A stretch of DNA of 64,000 nt, taken from NCBI GenBank assembly GCA_963828255.1, contig CAWHDZ010000026.1, forward strand, positions 49,509 to 113,508. Direction: 5' to 3'. Position 1 is the stretch's first letter. Every line of letters starts with the position of its first letter. This DNA comes from an uncultured delta proteobacterium. Its GTDB lineage: Bacteria; Myxococcota; Myxococcia; Myxococcales; Anaeromyxobacteraceae. The position numbers and the translations under genes were made by a program. Positions 52,688-62,900 of this stretch are shown in pieces. Below the pieces are notes generated by a model, which searched no databases, was not told the DNA's origin, and worked only from the letters and a program-made list of their open reading frames with translations.

Positions 52688-52915
52688 TCAGGCCTCGGCC
52701 GACGGGCAGCCGGCGCAGCCCGCGCCCTTGGGCGCGCTGCAGGAGGCGGGCCTCCCGGCGGACTTTGCAGATCCCTTGAGCGAGAAGGCCCCCGCGCTCA
52801 TCACCTTCTTCACCGGGGAGCCGCAGGCGTCGTGGCGGCGAAGCGGGGGCGCAGACATCCGCTGGAGGGTGTCGAAGCGCCCGCACTTCGGGCAGTCGTA
52901 TTCGTAGATGGGCAT
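52688..52915 (-). CDS. FmdB-family zinc-ribbon protein
   Basis: MPIYEYDCPKCG..CGS..F.LKG..CAGCP. Confidence 0.85.
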   Translation of the reverse strand: MPIYEYDCPKCGRFDTLQRMSAPPLRRHDACGSPVKKVMSAGAFSLKGSAKSAGRPASCSAPKGAGCAGCPSAEA

Positions 52916-52972
52916 GGCGCGTGGAACGTAATCCCGCCAGCGGGGGAGTCAAGGGACGTAGAATCCGCCCCC

Positions 52973-54388
52973 ATGCACGCCCTGCTCCTCTCCCTCGCGC
53001 TCTCCGCCGCGTCCCCGCCCGCGCCCGCTCCGACCCCGCGCACCTTCCGCGTCGACGCCTTCCACACCGGCAACGCCACCGAGGAGCGCTTCGCCCTCGA
53101 CCGCCTGGTCCTGGAGCCGCTCCCCTTTCCGGGGAACCCCGACCGGCCCGTGGACGATCTCAACCTGGGCAAGTACCTCTTCGAGGTCCGCGACCTGGCC
53201 TCGAACCGGCTCCTCTACTCGCGCGGCTACGCCACCGTGTTCGGCGAGTGGGAGACCACCGCCGAGGCCAAGGAGGCGAACCGCACCTTCCACGAGTCGT
53301 TCCGCTTCCCCGCGCCGGAGCGGCCGGTGCAGCTCGTGGTCCGGAAGCGCGACCGGCGCCAGGCCTTCCGGGAGATCTGGACGCTCACCGTGGACCCGAA
53401 GGACATGTACGTGGACACCTCGCGGCCCGCGCCGGCCGGCCCGCTGGTCGAGATCCTGCGGGGCGGCCCGCCCGAGAGGAAGCTCGACCTCCTGATCCTC
53501 GGCGACGGATACACTGAAAGTGAATGCTCGATCTTCGAGGCCCAGGCCCGGAGGTTCACCGACGCCCTGCTCGCGGTGGAGCCCTTCCGGTCGCGGCGCG
53601 AGGATCTCAACGTCTGGGCGCTCTGCCCGCCGGCCCGGGAGAGCGGCGTCTCCCGCCCGTCCACCGGCATCCACCGGAACAGCCCGGTGGGCTCCGCCTA
53701 CGACGCCTTCGGATCCGAGCGCTACGTCCTGGCCCTCGACAACCGGCGCTTCCGCGAGGTGGCCTCCCAGGCCCCGTACGACTTCGTGGCCATCCTGGCC
53801 AACGCCGAGACCTACGGCGGCGGCGGGATCCAGGGGCTCTACGCCACCGTGGCGGCGGGCAGCATGTGGGCCCCCTACGTGTTCGTCCACGAGCTGGGGC
53901 ACCACATCGCCGGGCTGGCCGACGAGTACTTCACCTCCGACCCGGTCTACCTGCCGGGGGAGCGGGTCGAGCCCTGGGAGCGGAACGTCACCATCCTGCC
54001 CGATCCCACGCGACCGAAGTGGGAGGTGACGCCGGGTACGCCCACGCCCACGCCCTGGGACAAGGCCGACTACGAGGCGCGGGCCAAGGGCTTCCAGGAG
54101 AGGCGCAAGGCCATCCGCAAGCGCAACGGGCCGGAGTCGGAGATGGACGCACTCTTCATGGAGCAGAAGAAGGTCGAGACCGCGAAGCTCGCGGCCGAGC
54201 CGCACGCGCGCCAGGTGGGCGCCTTCGAGGGGGCGAACTACGAGTCCAAGGGGGCCTATCGCTCCGAGGTGGACTGCATCATGTTCTCGCGGAACGACGT
54301 GCCGTTCTGCAGCGCCTGCCGGGGCGCGCTCGACCAGATGATCGACCAGCACGCCGGTCCCGCGCCGCGGCCGGCCCCTTCACGCTGA
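52973..54388 (+). CDS. Secreted M64 (IgA peptidase-like) metallopeptidase
   Basis: Signal peptide; GDGYT, YGGGG, HELGHHIAGLADEY, CIM..FC..C. Confidence 0.88.
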   Translation: MHALLLSLALSAASPPAPAPTPRTFRVDAFHTGNATEERFALDRLVLEPLPFPGNPDRPVDDLNLGKYLFEVRDLASNRLLYSRGYATVFGEWETTAEAKEANRTFHESFRFPAPERPVQLVVRKRDRRQAFREIWTLTVDPKDMYVDTSRPAPAGPLVEILRGGPPERKLDLLILGDGYTESECSIFEAQARRFTDALLAVEPFRSRREDLNVWALCPPARESGVSRPSTGIHRNSPVGSAYDAFGSERYVLALDNRRFREVASQAPYDFVAILANAETYGGGGIQGLYATVAAGSMWAPYVFVHELGHHIAGLADEYFTSDPVYLPGERVEPWERNVTILPDPTRPKWEVTPGTPTPTPWDKADYEARAKGFQERRKAIRKRNGPESEMDALFMEQKKVETAKLAAEPHARQVGAFEGANYESKGAYRSEVDCIMFSRNDVPFCSACRGALDQMIDQHAGPAPRPAPSR

Positions 54389-54399
54389 GGCGAACGGGC

Positions 54400-55770
54400 G
54401 TGGACGCGGACGGCATCGAGGAGGTCCGGGGGGAGCTCGACGCCCTCGTCCGGGGGCTCTCCGAGGAGCGTTTCCGCCACGTGGCCGGGATCGCGCCGTC
54501 CCACGGGCTCGCGGCGATCTTCGACGCCCACGGCCTCGCCGCCCACCGCGACACGGTGGCCATGCTGCGCGAGGCGGGGGAGGGGGAGCTCGCCGCGCGG
54601 GTGGCCGGTCTCGTCGCCGAGCAGGCGGCCGTGGCCCCGGAGGAGGCCTGGCGCGCCGCCGAGGCGACGGCGACCGGCCATGGCCCCGACGGACCGATGG
54701 GGATCTCCGACGCCGCGCTCTCGCTCCTGCACGAGCGCGATCGGGACCGGCGCCGCGCCCTCGGGAGCGCCGTCTCCGAGGCGGCGCTCGCCTCCGCGTC
54801 GGGGCGCGAGGCTGCCGCGGAGGCACGGGCCGCGGCCCGCTCGTCCCTGGGCCTCACCCCGGCATGGGAGGACGTGGTCCAGGCCGACGACGTGCTCGCC
54901 GCGTCCGAGGGAGCCTACCAGGAGGTGCTCGCCTGGTTCGCGCGGCAGGATGGGCTCGAGCTCCCGCCGCGCGGCGGCCTCGACCGCACCGAGCTCCTCC
55001 ACCTGCTCGCCTTCCGCGACCACGACGGCCTCTTCCGCCCCGGGCCGCTCTCCCAGGTGGCGCTCGACGGCTTCGACGGGCTCGGCATCGACGTCCGGCG
55101 CGTCCGGCTCGACGGCGCGGCCCGCGCGGGCAAGTGGCCTGGCGCCCACGCATTCGAGGGGCGCGTGTCGCTCCGGAGGCAGGGTGGGCTCGCCGACTGG
55201 CTCGACCTGCCCGACGCGGCGGGCAGGGCCGCGGCGTCGGCGACCTCCCATCCCTCCACCCGCGACCCGTCCCTGCCTGCCACGGTCGGCGCGCTGGGGT
55301 CCTGGCTGCTGCTCGAGCCGCGCTTCCTCGAATCGGCCACGGGGCTCGACCGCAAGCGCTCGCGCGACGTGATCCGAAGGCTGGCGCTGCGCCTGCTCTT
55401 CCAGCTGCGGGCCCGCGCCGCGGCGCTGCGGGTGGCCGCCGAGGTGGAAAGGGGCACGGGCGGGCGAGCCTGGCACGAGGCCCACCGGGAGGCCCTCTCC
55501 CGGGCGGCGCAGGCGGGCTGGCCGGTCGGCTTCGCGCCCCGCGACGCGGACGCCCTGGCCCACCAGGCGTCGCTGGCCGGCGCCGCCTGGGCGGCGGCCA
55601 TCCGGCACGACCTCCGGGAGCGATTCGACGAGGACTACTGGCGCAATCCCCGGACGGCCGAGGCCCTGGCCGGCCGCGTCGCCGCCGGCAGCCCGGGCCC
55701 TGGAGCGGAGAGGCCCCCGCTCGCTCGCGCGGCGGAGGCCCTCGTGGCCCTTCTCGGTGCGGGGGGCTGA
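54400..55770 (+). CDS. M3/M32-peptidase-like helical protein lacking HExxH
   Basis: Recalled resemblance (GID..RLD...R.GK; LRERFDEDYWRNP); no HExxH present. Confidence 0.55.
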   Translation: MDADGIEEVRGELDALVRGLSEERFRHVAGIAPSHGLAAIFDAHGLAAHRDTVAMLREAGEGELAARVAGLVAEQAAVAPEEAWRAAEATATGHGPDGPMGISDAALSLLHERDRDRRRALGSAVSEAALASASGREAAAEARAAARSSLGLTPAWEDVVQADDVLAASEGAYQEVLAWFARQDGLELPPRGGLDRTELLHLLAFRDHDGLFRPGPLSQVALDGFDGLGIDVRRVRLDGAARAGKWPGAHAFEGRVSLRRQGGLADWLDLPDAAGRAAASATSHPSTRDPSLPATVGALGSWLLLEPRFLESATGLDRKRSRDVIRRLALRLLFQLRARAAALRVAAEVERGTGGRAWHEAHREALSRAAQAGWPVGFAPRDADALAHQASLAGAAWAAAIRHDLRERFDEDYWRNPRTAEALAGRVAAGSPGPGAERPPLARAAEALVALLGAGG

Positions 55771-55778
55771 GATGCGCG

Positions 55779-56105
55779 CTAGCGGTTCGGGCCCTTGCGG
55801 CGAAGCGCCCGGACGATCTTCTCCTTGGTCCGGGAGGTCGCCCGCGCGGCGGCCGGAGCCGCGCGGCGCGCCTGGTGCGCGCGGAGCTTGAGGTAGGTCT
55901 CGATCTCCAGGGCGCGAAGCTCGATGGCGAGCTCCTCGCTCTCGGTGCCCATCCACTCGATCTCGCTCTTGCGAGGGAGGGCCGCGCCGAGCCGCATGCG
56001 AAGCACCTTCTCCTCGACGGCGGCGAGGCTGCTGGCCCCGCGGCGGCGGAGCAGGGCCTGGGCGGAGGCTTCGGTGACGGTGGCCTGGGCGGTCTTCTTC
56101 CTCAT
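55779..56105 (-). CDS. Small basic hypothetical protein with sigma70 region-4-like segment
   Basis: EEKVLRMRLG resembles RpoD E.KVLRMRFG; basic C-terminus. Confidence 0.65.
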   Translation of the reverse strand: MRKKTAQATVTEASAQALLRRRGASSLAAVEEKVLRMRLGAALPRKSEIEWMGTESEELAIELRALEIETYLKLRAHQARRAAPAAARATSRTKEKIVRALRRKGPNR

Positions 56106-56170
56106 GGCCCAAATCCTAGGCAGGTCCCGGGGCCTGTCCAATTTTCGGGCTCCCGCACCGTCCCTCGAGG

Positions 56171-57148
56171 CTACTCCTCGGCGACGTCCTCGTCGCCCTC
56201 GTCCGCCGGGGGGGCCTCGGCCCCCTTCTTCCTGCCCAGGCCGGCCTGCTCGAGGGCCCGCGCCACGCCGCGCGGCTTCCGCTCGTCCGGGAGCGCGTTC
56301 CGGGGTGGCTCGACTGCCCCGACCTTCCCGCCCAGCGCGGTGAAGCGGCCGTCCACCTCGACCCGGACCCGCGCCTCCGGATCCCCTTTCACGCCGAGGA
56401 CCGCCGAGATCCGGGCCTGGAGCGGCGCCCCGGTCGCGGCGTCGAGGAGCAGTTCCCCGGACGCGTCGATGGGCTCGCGCCCGTCCAGCAGCGCGAGGCG
56501 GGCCTTGGTGGCCGCGTCGGGGCCGCCTGGAGGAGGCTCGTCCGACAGGCGGGATGGTCCCGGGGTGAAGCGGGCCAGGTCGAGGGAGAGGGCGAAGCGT
56601 CGCGCCGGGCGCCCCAGCACGCTGGCCGTCCCGGCCGGGGAGGCGACGAGCGCCGGACCGAGCAGCCCGGCCACCTCGCCGGCGAGGAGGAAGCTCTCGT
56701 CGCGGAAGCGGCGGGCGCCGCGGCCGTGGTCGGTGGGACGCTCGCGCCACTCGCCCGAGGCCGGATGGAGCGAACGGGCGTAGCTCATCCCCCTGGCCCA
56801 GATCACCCGCTTGCCGCTCTCCGAGCCCGGGCCGCGCCCCGGGTCCACGGTCCCGTCGGCGGCGAAGTCGCCGGTGGCGAGCTGGCGGACGGCGTGGCGC
56901 TCCGCCACCTCGACCTTCCGCTCGCCCTTCGCCGTGGACCAGGCCGCGGTGCCCTCCCAGGAGAAGGAGCCCAGGCGGGCCGCCACCTCGTCGGGGTCGA
57001 GGCGCAGCGCCCCGGCCGGCCGTTCCCAGTCGAAGGGGGGCGGGGGCCTCACTTCACCGACGGTGACGGCACCGCCCGTCCCCCCGCGGCTGCAGGCTCC
57101 GAGCGGGGCGAGGAGCGCGAGCAGCAGCGAGAGGGACGCCCCGCGCAC
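56171..57148 (-). CDS. Hypothetical lipoprotein
   Basis: Hydrophobic signal with LGAC lipobox; overlaps no other real gene. Confidence 0.7.
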   Translation of the reverse strand: MRGASLSLLLALLAPLGACSRGGTGGAVTVGEVRPPPPFDWERPAGALRLDPDEVAARLGSFSWEGTAAWSTAKGERKVEVAERHAVRQLATGDFAADGTVDPGRGPGSESGKRVIWARGMSYARSLHPASGEWRERPTDHGRGARRFRDESFLLAGEVAGLLGPALVASPAGTASVLGRPARRFALSLDLARFTPGPSRLSDEPPPGGPDAATKARLALLDGREPIDASGELLLDAATGAPLQARISAVLGVKGDPEARVRVEVDGRFTALGGKVGAVEPPRNALPDERKPRGVARALEQAGLGRKKGAEAPPADEGDEDVAEE

Positions 57149-57151
57149 CGG

Positions 57152-58879
57152 TCAGGTCCCCTCGCGGAGCAGGCGCGCCGCCGGGAGGATCCGCGCCGGC
57201 TCGGGCTGGCTGTCGTCGGCGCTGCGGGAGACGTCGGCCATCGAGACCCGCCCGTCCGACCAGAGGATCCGGTCGCAGCGGTGGAGCAGTTCCGGCAGCC
57301 CGGCCTGCTTCGACGCCGAGATGGCCACGCCCCCGCGGGCCGAGGCGATGGCCGCCCCCTCGCCGGGCGGCAGCCGGTCCACCTTGTTGAGGACGAGCAG
57401 GCGCGGGGTCTCGGAGAGCCCCAGCCCGCCCAGGATCTTCTCGACCGCGGCCACGTGGGCGTCGAGGCCCGGGTCGGCGGCGTCGGCGACGTGGAGCAGG
57501 AGGTCGGCGTCGTCGAGCTCCTCCAGCGTGGCCCGGAAGGCGGCGATCAGGTCCTCGGGAAGGTCGCGGATGAAGCCCACCGTGTCGGTGATGATCACCT
57601 CGCGGTCGCGGGGGAAGCGCAGCCGCCGGCTGGTCGGGTCGAGGGTGGCGAAGAGGACGTCCTCGGCCAGCACCTTCGACTCGGTGAGCGCGTTCAGCAG
57701 CGTGGACTTGCCGGCGTTGGTGTAGCCGACGATCGAGATCACCGGGAGCCCGCGCTCGTTGCGCCGCTTGCGCCGGACCTGCCGGTCCACGGAGAGGGCC
57801 TCGGTGCGCCGCGTGAGCTGGGTGATGCGGTCGCGCACCCGCCGCCGGTCGATCTCCAGCTTGGTCTCCCCCGGGCCGCGCCCGCCGATGCCGCCGGCGA
57901 GGCGCGAGAGCGAGTCGTCGCGCCCGACCAGGCGCGGGTAGAGGTACTGGAGCTGGGCCAGCTCGACCTGCAGCTTGCCGTCGGCCGACTGGGCCCGCTG
58001 CGCGAAGATGTCGAGGATGAGCTGGGTGCGGTCGAGGATCTTGAGGGCGGTGGCGTCGGCGATGTGGATGGCCTGCGAGGGCGACAGGTCGGCGTCGAAG
58101 ATGATGAGATCGGCCATGAGCTGCATGGAGCGCAGCAGGATGTCCTCGAGCTTGCCCTTGCCGATGAGCGTGCGCGGGTCGGGTTCGCGGCGCATCTGCA
58201 CCGACGCGTCGATGACCTCGACGCCGGCGGTGCGGGCCAGCTCGCGCAGCTCGAGGAGCGACGACTCGGCGTCGCCGCGGCTCTTCCCCTTGCCGCCCAC
58301 GCCGACCAGGATGGCCCGCTCTCGCCCTCCGGTGCGGCGCAGCGCGGAGGCCCGGGCGAACTCCTCCTCCAGGGCGAGGGGTCCCTCCACCGCGTCGTAG
58401 TCCAGCTCGTGGACCGACGGAGCGACCTCGTCCTTCCAGAGCGCCCCCTGGGGGTTCTCGGGGAGGAGGTGGGCCAGGTGGACCTTTCCGGGCAGGCCGT
58501 CGTCCCTCACCTCGAGCGCGGTCACCGAATCGAGCCGGAGCAGCGCCAGGTCGGTGTGGTCGTCGCGGGTGAGCGGCTCGCCGCGCAGGTGGGTGTGCAC
58601 GAGCCGGAGGCCGCGCAGACGGTGGGAGCCAGCGCGGGCCCGCCCCACGTCGGGCAGGGTGAGCTTGCCGGCGTCGCCGACCACCACCCACTGGACGTCC
58701 CCCTTCCGGTCGAGGAGGACGCCGACCTGCCGGTTCGTCTCCCGCGAAACCTCGGTGAGGTGGCGCGCCAGCTCGGGCGAGATGACCTCGCCGGCGTCGA
58801 CGCGGCGGCGGTAGGTGCGGCGCAGCGCGTGCAGCTGGCTCTGCTTCAGCCCGAGGGTGTTGCCGTGGACCTCTTCCAT
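57152..58879 (-). CDS. hflX: Ribosome-splitting GTPase HflX (long N-terminal form)
   Basis: DRTQLILDIFAQRA, GPGETKLE, GYTNAGKST, FATLDPT, DTVGF, NKVD. Confidence 0.96.
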   Translation of the reverse strand: MEEVHGNTLGLKQSQLHALRRTYRRRVDAGEVISPELARHLTEVSRETNRQVGVLLDRKGDVQWVVVGDAGKLTLPDVGRARAGSHRLRGLRLVHTHLRGEPLTRDDHTDLALLRLDSVTALEVRDDGLPGKVHLAHLLPENPQGALWKDEVAPSVHELDYDAVEGPLALEEEFARASALRRTGGRERAILVGVGGKGKSRGDAESSLLELRELARTAGVEVIDASVQMRREPDPRTLIGKGKLEDILLRSMQLMADLIIFDADLSPSQAIHIADATALKILDRTQLILDIFAQRAQSADGKLQVELAQLQYLYPRLVGRDDSLSRLAGGIGGRGPGETKLEIDRRRVRDRITQLTRRTEALSVDRQVRRKRRNERGLPVISIVGYTNAGKSTLLNALTESKVLAEDVLFATLDPTSRRLRFPRDREVIITDTVGFIRDLPEDLIAAFRATLEELDDADLLLHVADAADPGLDAHVAAVEKILGGLGLSETPRLLVLNKVDRLPPGEGAAIASARGGVAISASKQAGLPELLHRCDRILWSDGRVSMADVSRSADDSQPEPARILPAARLLREGT

Positions 58880-59019
58880 TGTAGTGGACGGAGCATAGCG
58901 GCGGCGGCCCCGGGGGGCCACCCGCACCGGGCGACCCCTTTGGACCGGATCGGGGAGGACCGGCGGGGACTACACTCACGAGCCTGGGGGGGAGAGCCTT
59001 GGTCCTGGAGGGCGCAATC

Positions 59020-59913
59020 GTGCGCGCGGTCACGCGGCTGGGGCTCGGGCTCCTGCTGCTCGGCTGTGGTCCCGTCGCGGCCCGGGCCGCCGCGGATGGA
59101 CCGGGGCCTGCGGCGGCGATCCGGATCGCCCCCCCGGCGGCCATCCTCGTGGACGGCTCTGGCGGCGAGGGGCTCGCGATCCTCGAGGTCACGGTCGTCG
59201 ATGCGGCGGGCCGTCCGGCCGACGACGTCCCGGTGGGCTCGGGAGGCCGGGGCGAGTTCCGGGAAGCCCTGCTGGTGGAGCCGGGGCTCTGGGCCGTACC
59301 GTACCGGCCCCCGTTCGTCCTCTCGGACACCACCGAGCACGTCGTGGTCAAGGCCGGCGCCGCATCCGCATCGGTGGAGCTCACGCTTCTGATCCGCCGC
59401 CCGACCGTTTCGCTGGGGGTGAAGGCTGGGGTCGCCGCCGCGGGCGGGCGCCTGGGGCCCTCGGTCGGGCTCGAGGCCGGGGTGTGGACGGTCCTCGGGA
59501 GCGCCCAGCTGGGGCTCTTGCTCGAGGGGGGCTGGTGGATGCTCTCCGGCGCCGTCACGGCCACCACCGGGGGCGTCGAGTCCTCCTACCGGTCCTCCCA
59601 GGACTACTTCCCCGTCCTGCTCTCGCTGGGGTGGCGGATCCCCGTCGCCGACGCCTGGGCGCTGTGGCTCACGGGCGGGGGAGGGGGAGCGATCGTCTCG
59701 AGCCGCGTCGAGCTCTCCGGGCAGAAAGTCTCGAGCGAGAGCGGGCTCGCGCCGGCGGTGAGCGGCTCATTCTCCGCCGGGCCGCGCCTCGGGCCGGGTT
59801 TCCTGTTCCTGGAGGCCCGCGCATCCTGGATCGGCGATCCCGGCCTCTCCACCGTGACCGGTTCGGCGGTCACCATCCTCGGCTTCGTGGGATACAGGTT
59901 CGATGTCGGCTAG
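59020..59913 (+). CDS. Exported protein: Ig-like N-domain plus probable outer-membrane beta-barrel
   Basis: Signal peptide; alternating Gly/aromatic amphipathic strands ending GFVGYRFDVG. Confidence 0.65.
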   Translation: MRAVTRLGLGLLLLGCGPVAARAAADGPGPAAAIRIAPPAAILVDGSGGEGLAILEVTVVDAAGRPADDVPVGSGGRGEFREALLVEPGLWAVPYRPPFVLSDTTEHVVVKAGAASASVELTLLIRRPTVSLGVKAGVAAAGGRLGPSVGLEAGVWTVLGSAQLGLLLEGGWWMLSGAVTATTGGVESSYRSSQDYFPVLLSLGWRIPVADAWALWLTGGGGGAIVSSRVELSGQKVSSESGLAPAVSGSFSAGPRLGPGFLFLEARASWIGDPGLSTVTGSAVTILGFVGYRFDVG

Positions 59914-62900
59914 GCGCGCCATCGGCCTGCTCGTGTCCGTCGCCGCCCTCTCCGGCTGCGGCGGCGCCGACCTGCCCGTCCCCGCTCCGGCCGCGGTCAC
60001 GCCCGCCCGGGGCTCGGCCGGACAGGCCACCCCGGTCGTCATCCAGGGCTCCGGGTTCTCCGCGCTGGTGGTCCAGTCGGCCTCCGGCGGCGCCCCTGCC
60101 GTGAACGAGACCTTCCGGGCCTGGCTCGGCGACGTCCCCCTCCAGGCGGTGCGCCGCGTGGACGATGCGACGCTCTCGGCCACCGTCCCGGCCGGATTGC
60201 CGGTGGGTCCGGGGACGCTCCGCGTGGAGGGGCCGTACGGCACCTCCGGTGAGCTGGCCGGCGCTTTCACGGTCGATGCCGCCCCCGTCGGGGCCCTCAC
60301 GGCGGCGATCTCCGCCGCGCCGGCCACGGTCACCGTGGGCCAGTCGATCACGGTCACCCTCCTGGTGCAGAACACCGGGACGGCCGGGCTGACCGGCGTC
60401 GTGCCCGGGGCGCCCTCGGTCACGGGCACGGGCACGACGGGCACCCCGGCCGGCCCGACCCCTGCCTCGCTCGCCACGCTGGCGCCCGGCGCTTCCGGCA
60501 GCTTCACCTGGACCTACCCCACCACCGGCGCAGGCGCCCTCGCCTTCGCCGGCAGCGCCGCAGCCAGCAGCGTGCCGTCGGGAGCGACCGTCTCGGCCGC
60601 CACCGCCCCGACCCTTCCCGCCCGGGTCACGGTGGAGCGCCCGGCCGCGCTCACCGCCACCCTGCCGGTCTCGGGCTCCGCCGCCGTCGGACGTGAGTTC
60701 ACCGTCTCGATGACGGTCGCCAACACGGGCGGGGCCGCGGCGAGGAACGTCGTCCCCGGAACGCCCACGCTGGCCCCGGCGGGGCTCGCCGCGCTGAAGG
60801 ACGGCACCGGGCCGGTGCCGCCCTCCGTCGCCTCCCTGGCGACGGGCGCGAGCACCACCTTCACCTGGACCTTCGTGGCCGGGACGACCCCCGGTACGGT
60901 CCGGATCTCCGCCGCCGCCAGCGGGTCCGACGCCAACTCGGGAACCGCCGTCACCTCCGCGACGGCCACCTCGGGAGACTTCACCATCGGCGCGGCCGGC
61001 ATCCAGGCCACCCTCGCCGCCGCCCGGGCCATCACCAACGTGGGCCAGCCGCTCGCACTCACCCTGAGCGTCTCCAACCCGGGGCTGGCCGCGGTGAACG
61101 GGTTCACCGTCGCCGGGCCCGTCGTGACCTCGACCGACGGCGCGACCGCGCGCGTCACGGCCGGCCCCACGCCGTCGCCGCCTGCGGTCCTGTCGCCGGG
61201 GCAGAGCGCCACGATCTCCTGGACAGTGGACCCGGCGGTGGCCGCGGGTGCGTCCACCGGGCACCTCTCCTTCCGGGTGACCGCAGGGGGCGTGGACGCC
61301 TTCTCCGGCACGCCCATCTCCGCCGAGCCGACCGCCGCCGTCACGGTGGAGACGCCCGCCGAGTTGACCGCGACGGGCCTCTCGGCGACGCCTGAGACGG
61401 TCGTGGTGGGACAGCCCGTCTCCGTGACCCTGGGGCTCGGCAAGACCGGGGCCGCCGCCGCGAGCGTCACCGACGCCACCCTCACCGGGATCACCTGCGC
61501 CACCCCGCCCGTCCTGCCGGTCGCCGTCACCGGTCCCACCACCACCCTCACCTGGTCCGGCTGCGCCGCGCCCTCGAGCCCCCAGACCCTGACCCTGGGC
61601 GCCTCCGCGACCTGGGTGGACGTGAACGTCCCGCTCACCCCGAGGACCACGAACACGGTCCTCGCCACGGTGGTGGTCCAGGCGGCGGCCGGGCTCTCGG
61701 TGGTCTTCCTGGCCCAGCCGCCGCCGGCGGTGATCGCGGGCCAGGTGCTCACGCTCACCGCCCGCGTGGCGAACACAGCCCCGGCCGGCGGGGCGGCGGC
61801 GAACGGGGTGACGGTCGCGCCCTCGGCTGCGAACGCGAGCGGCACGGCCGACGCCACCTGCCTTCCGGCCGCCCCGGGGGCGACGGCGATCGCGGCCGGG
61901 ACCGCCCAGGAGTACACCTTCGACTGCACGGTGTCGGGCGCGGGCACGCTCACGTTCACGGCAAGTGCAAGCGGCACGGCGGCGGGCACCGATGCCCCGC
62001 TCGCCGCCGCGGCCACCACGTCTCCACCGACCACGGTCCTGGCCTCGGCCGGGCTCTCGGTGGCCTTCGTGGCCCAGCCGCCGTCGCCGGTGAGCGCCGG
62101 CCAGGTGCTCACGCTCACCGCCCGCGTGGCGAACACGGCCCCGGCCGGCGGCGCGGCGGCGATCGGGGTGACGGTGGCGCCGACGTTCACCACCGTGACC
62201 GGCGACGCCGCCGCGGGCTGCGGTGCGGCCACTCCGGGGGCTACGGACATCGCGGCCGGGACCGCCCAGGAGTACACCTTCGACTGCACGGTGTCGGGCG
62301 CGGGCACGCTCACGTTCACGGCAAGTGCAGGCGGCACGGCGGCGGGCACCGATGCCCCGCTCGCCGCCGCGGCCACCACGTCTCCACCGACCACGGTCCT
62401 GGCCGCGGCCGGGCTCTCGGTGGCCTTCGTGGCCCAGCCGCCGTCGCCGGTGAGCGCCGGCCAGGTGCTCACGCTCACCGCCCGGGTCCAGAACACCGCA
62501 CCGGCAGGCGGCGAGGCGGCGAGCGACGTGACGGTGGCGCCGACGTTCACCACCGTGACCGGCGACGCCGCCGCGGGCTGCGGTGCGGCCACTCCGGGGG
62601 CTACGGACGATCGCGGCCGGGACCGCCCAGGAGTACACCTTCGACTGCGCGGTGTCGGGCGCGGGCACGCTAACGTTCACGGCGAGCGCGAGCGGCACGG
62701 CGGCGGGGACCGGGCCCCGCTCGTGCCGAGGCCACCACGTCGCCTGCGACCACGGTCCAGGCCGCGGCCGGGCTCTCGGTGGCCTTCGTGGCCCAGCCGC
62801 CGTCGCCGGTGAGCGCCGGCCAGGTGCTCACGCTCACCGCCCGGGTCCAGAACACCGCACCGGCAGGCGGCGAGGCGGCGAGCGACGTGACGGTGGCGCC

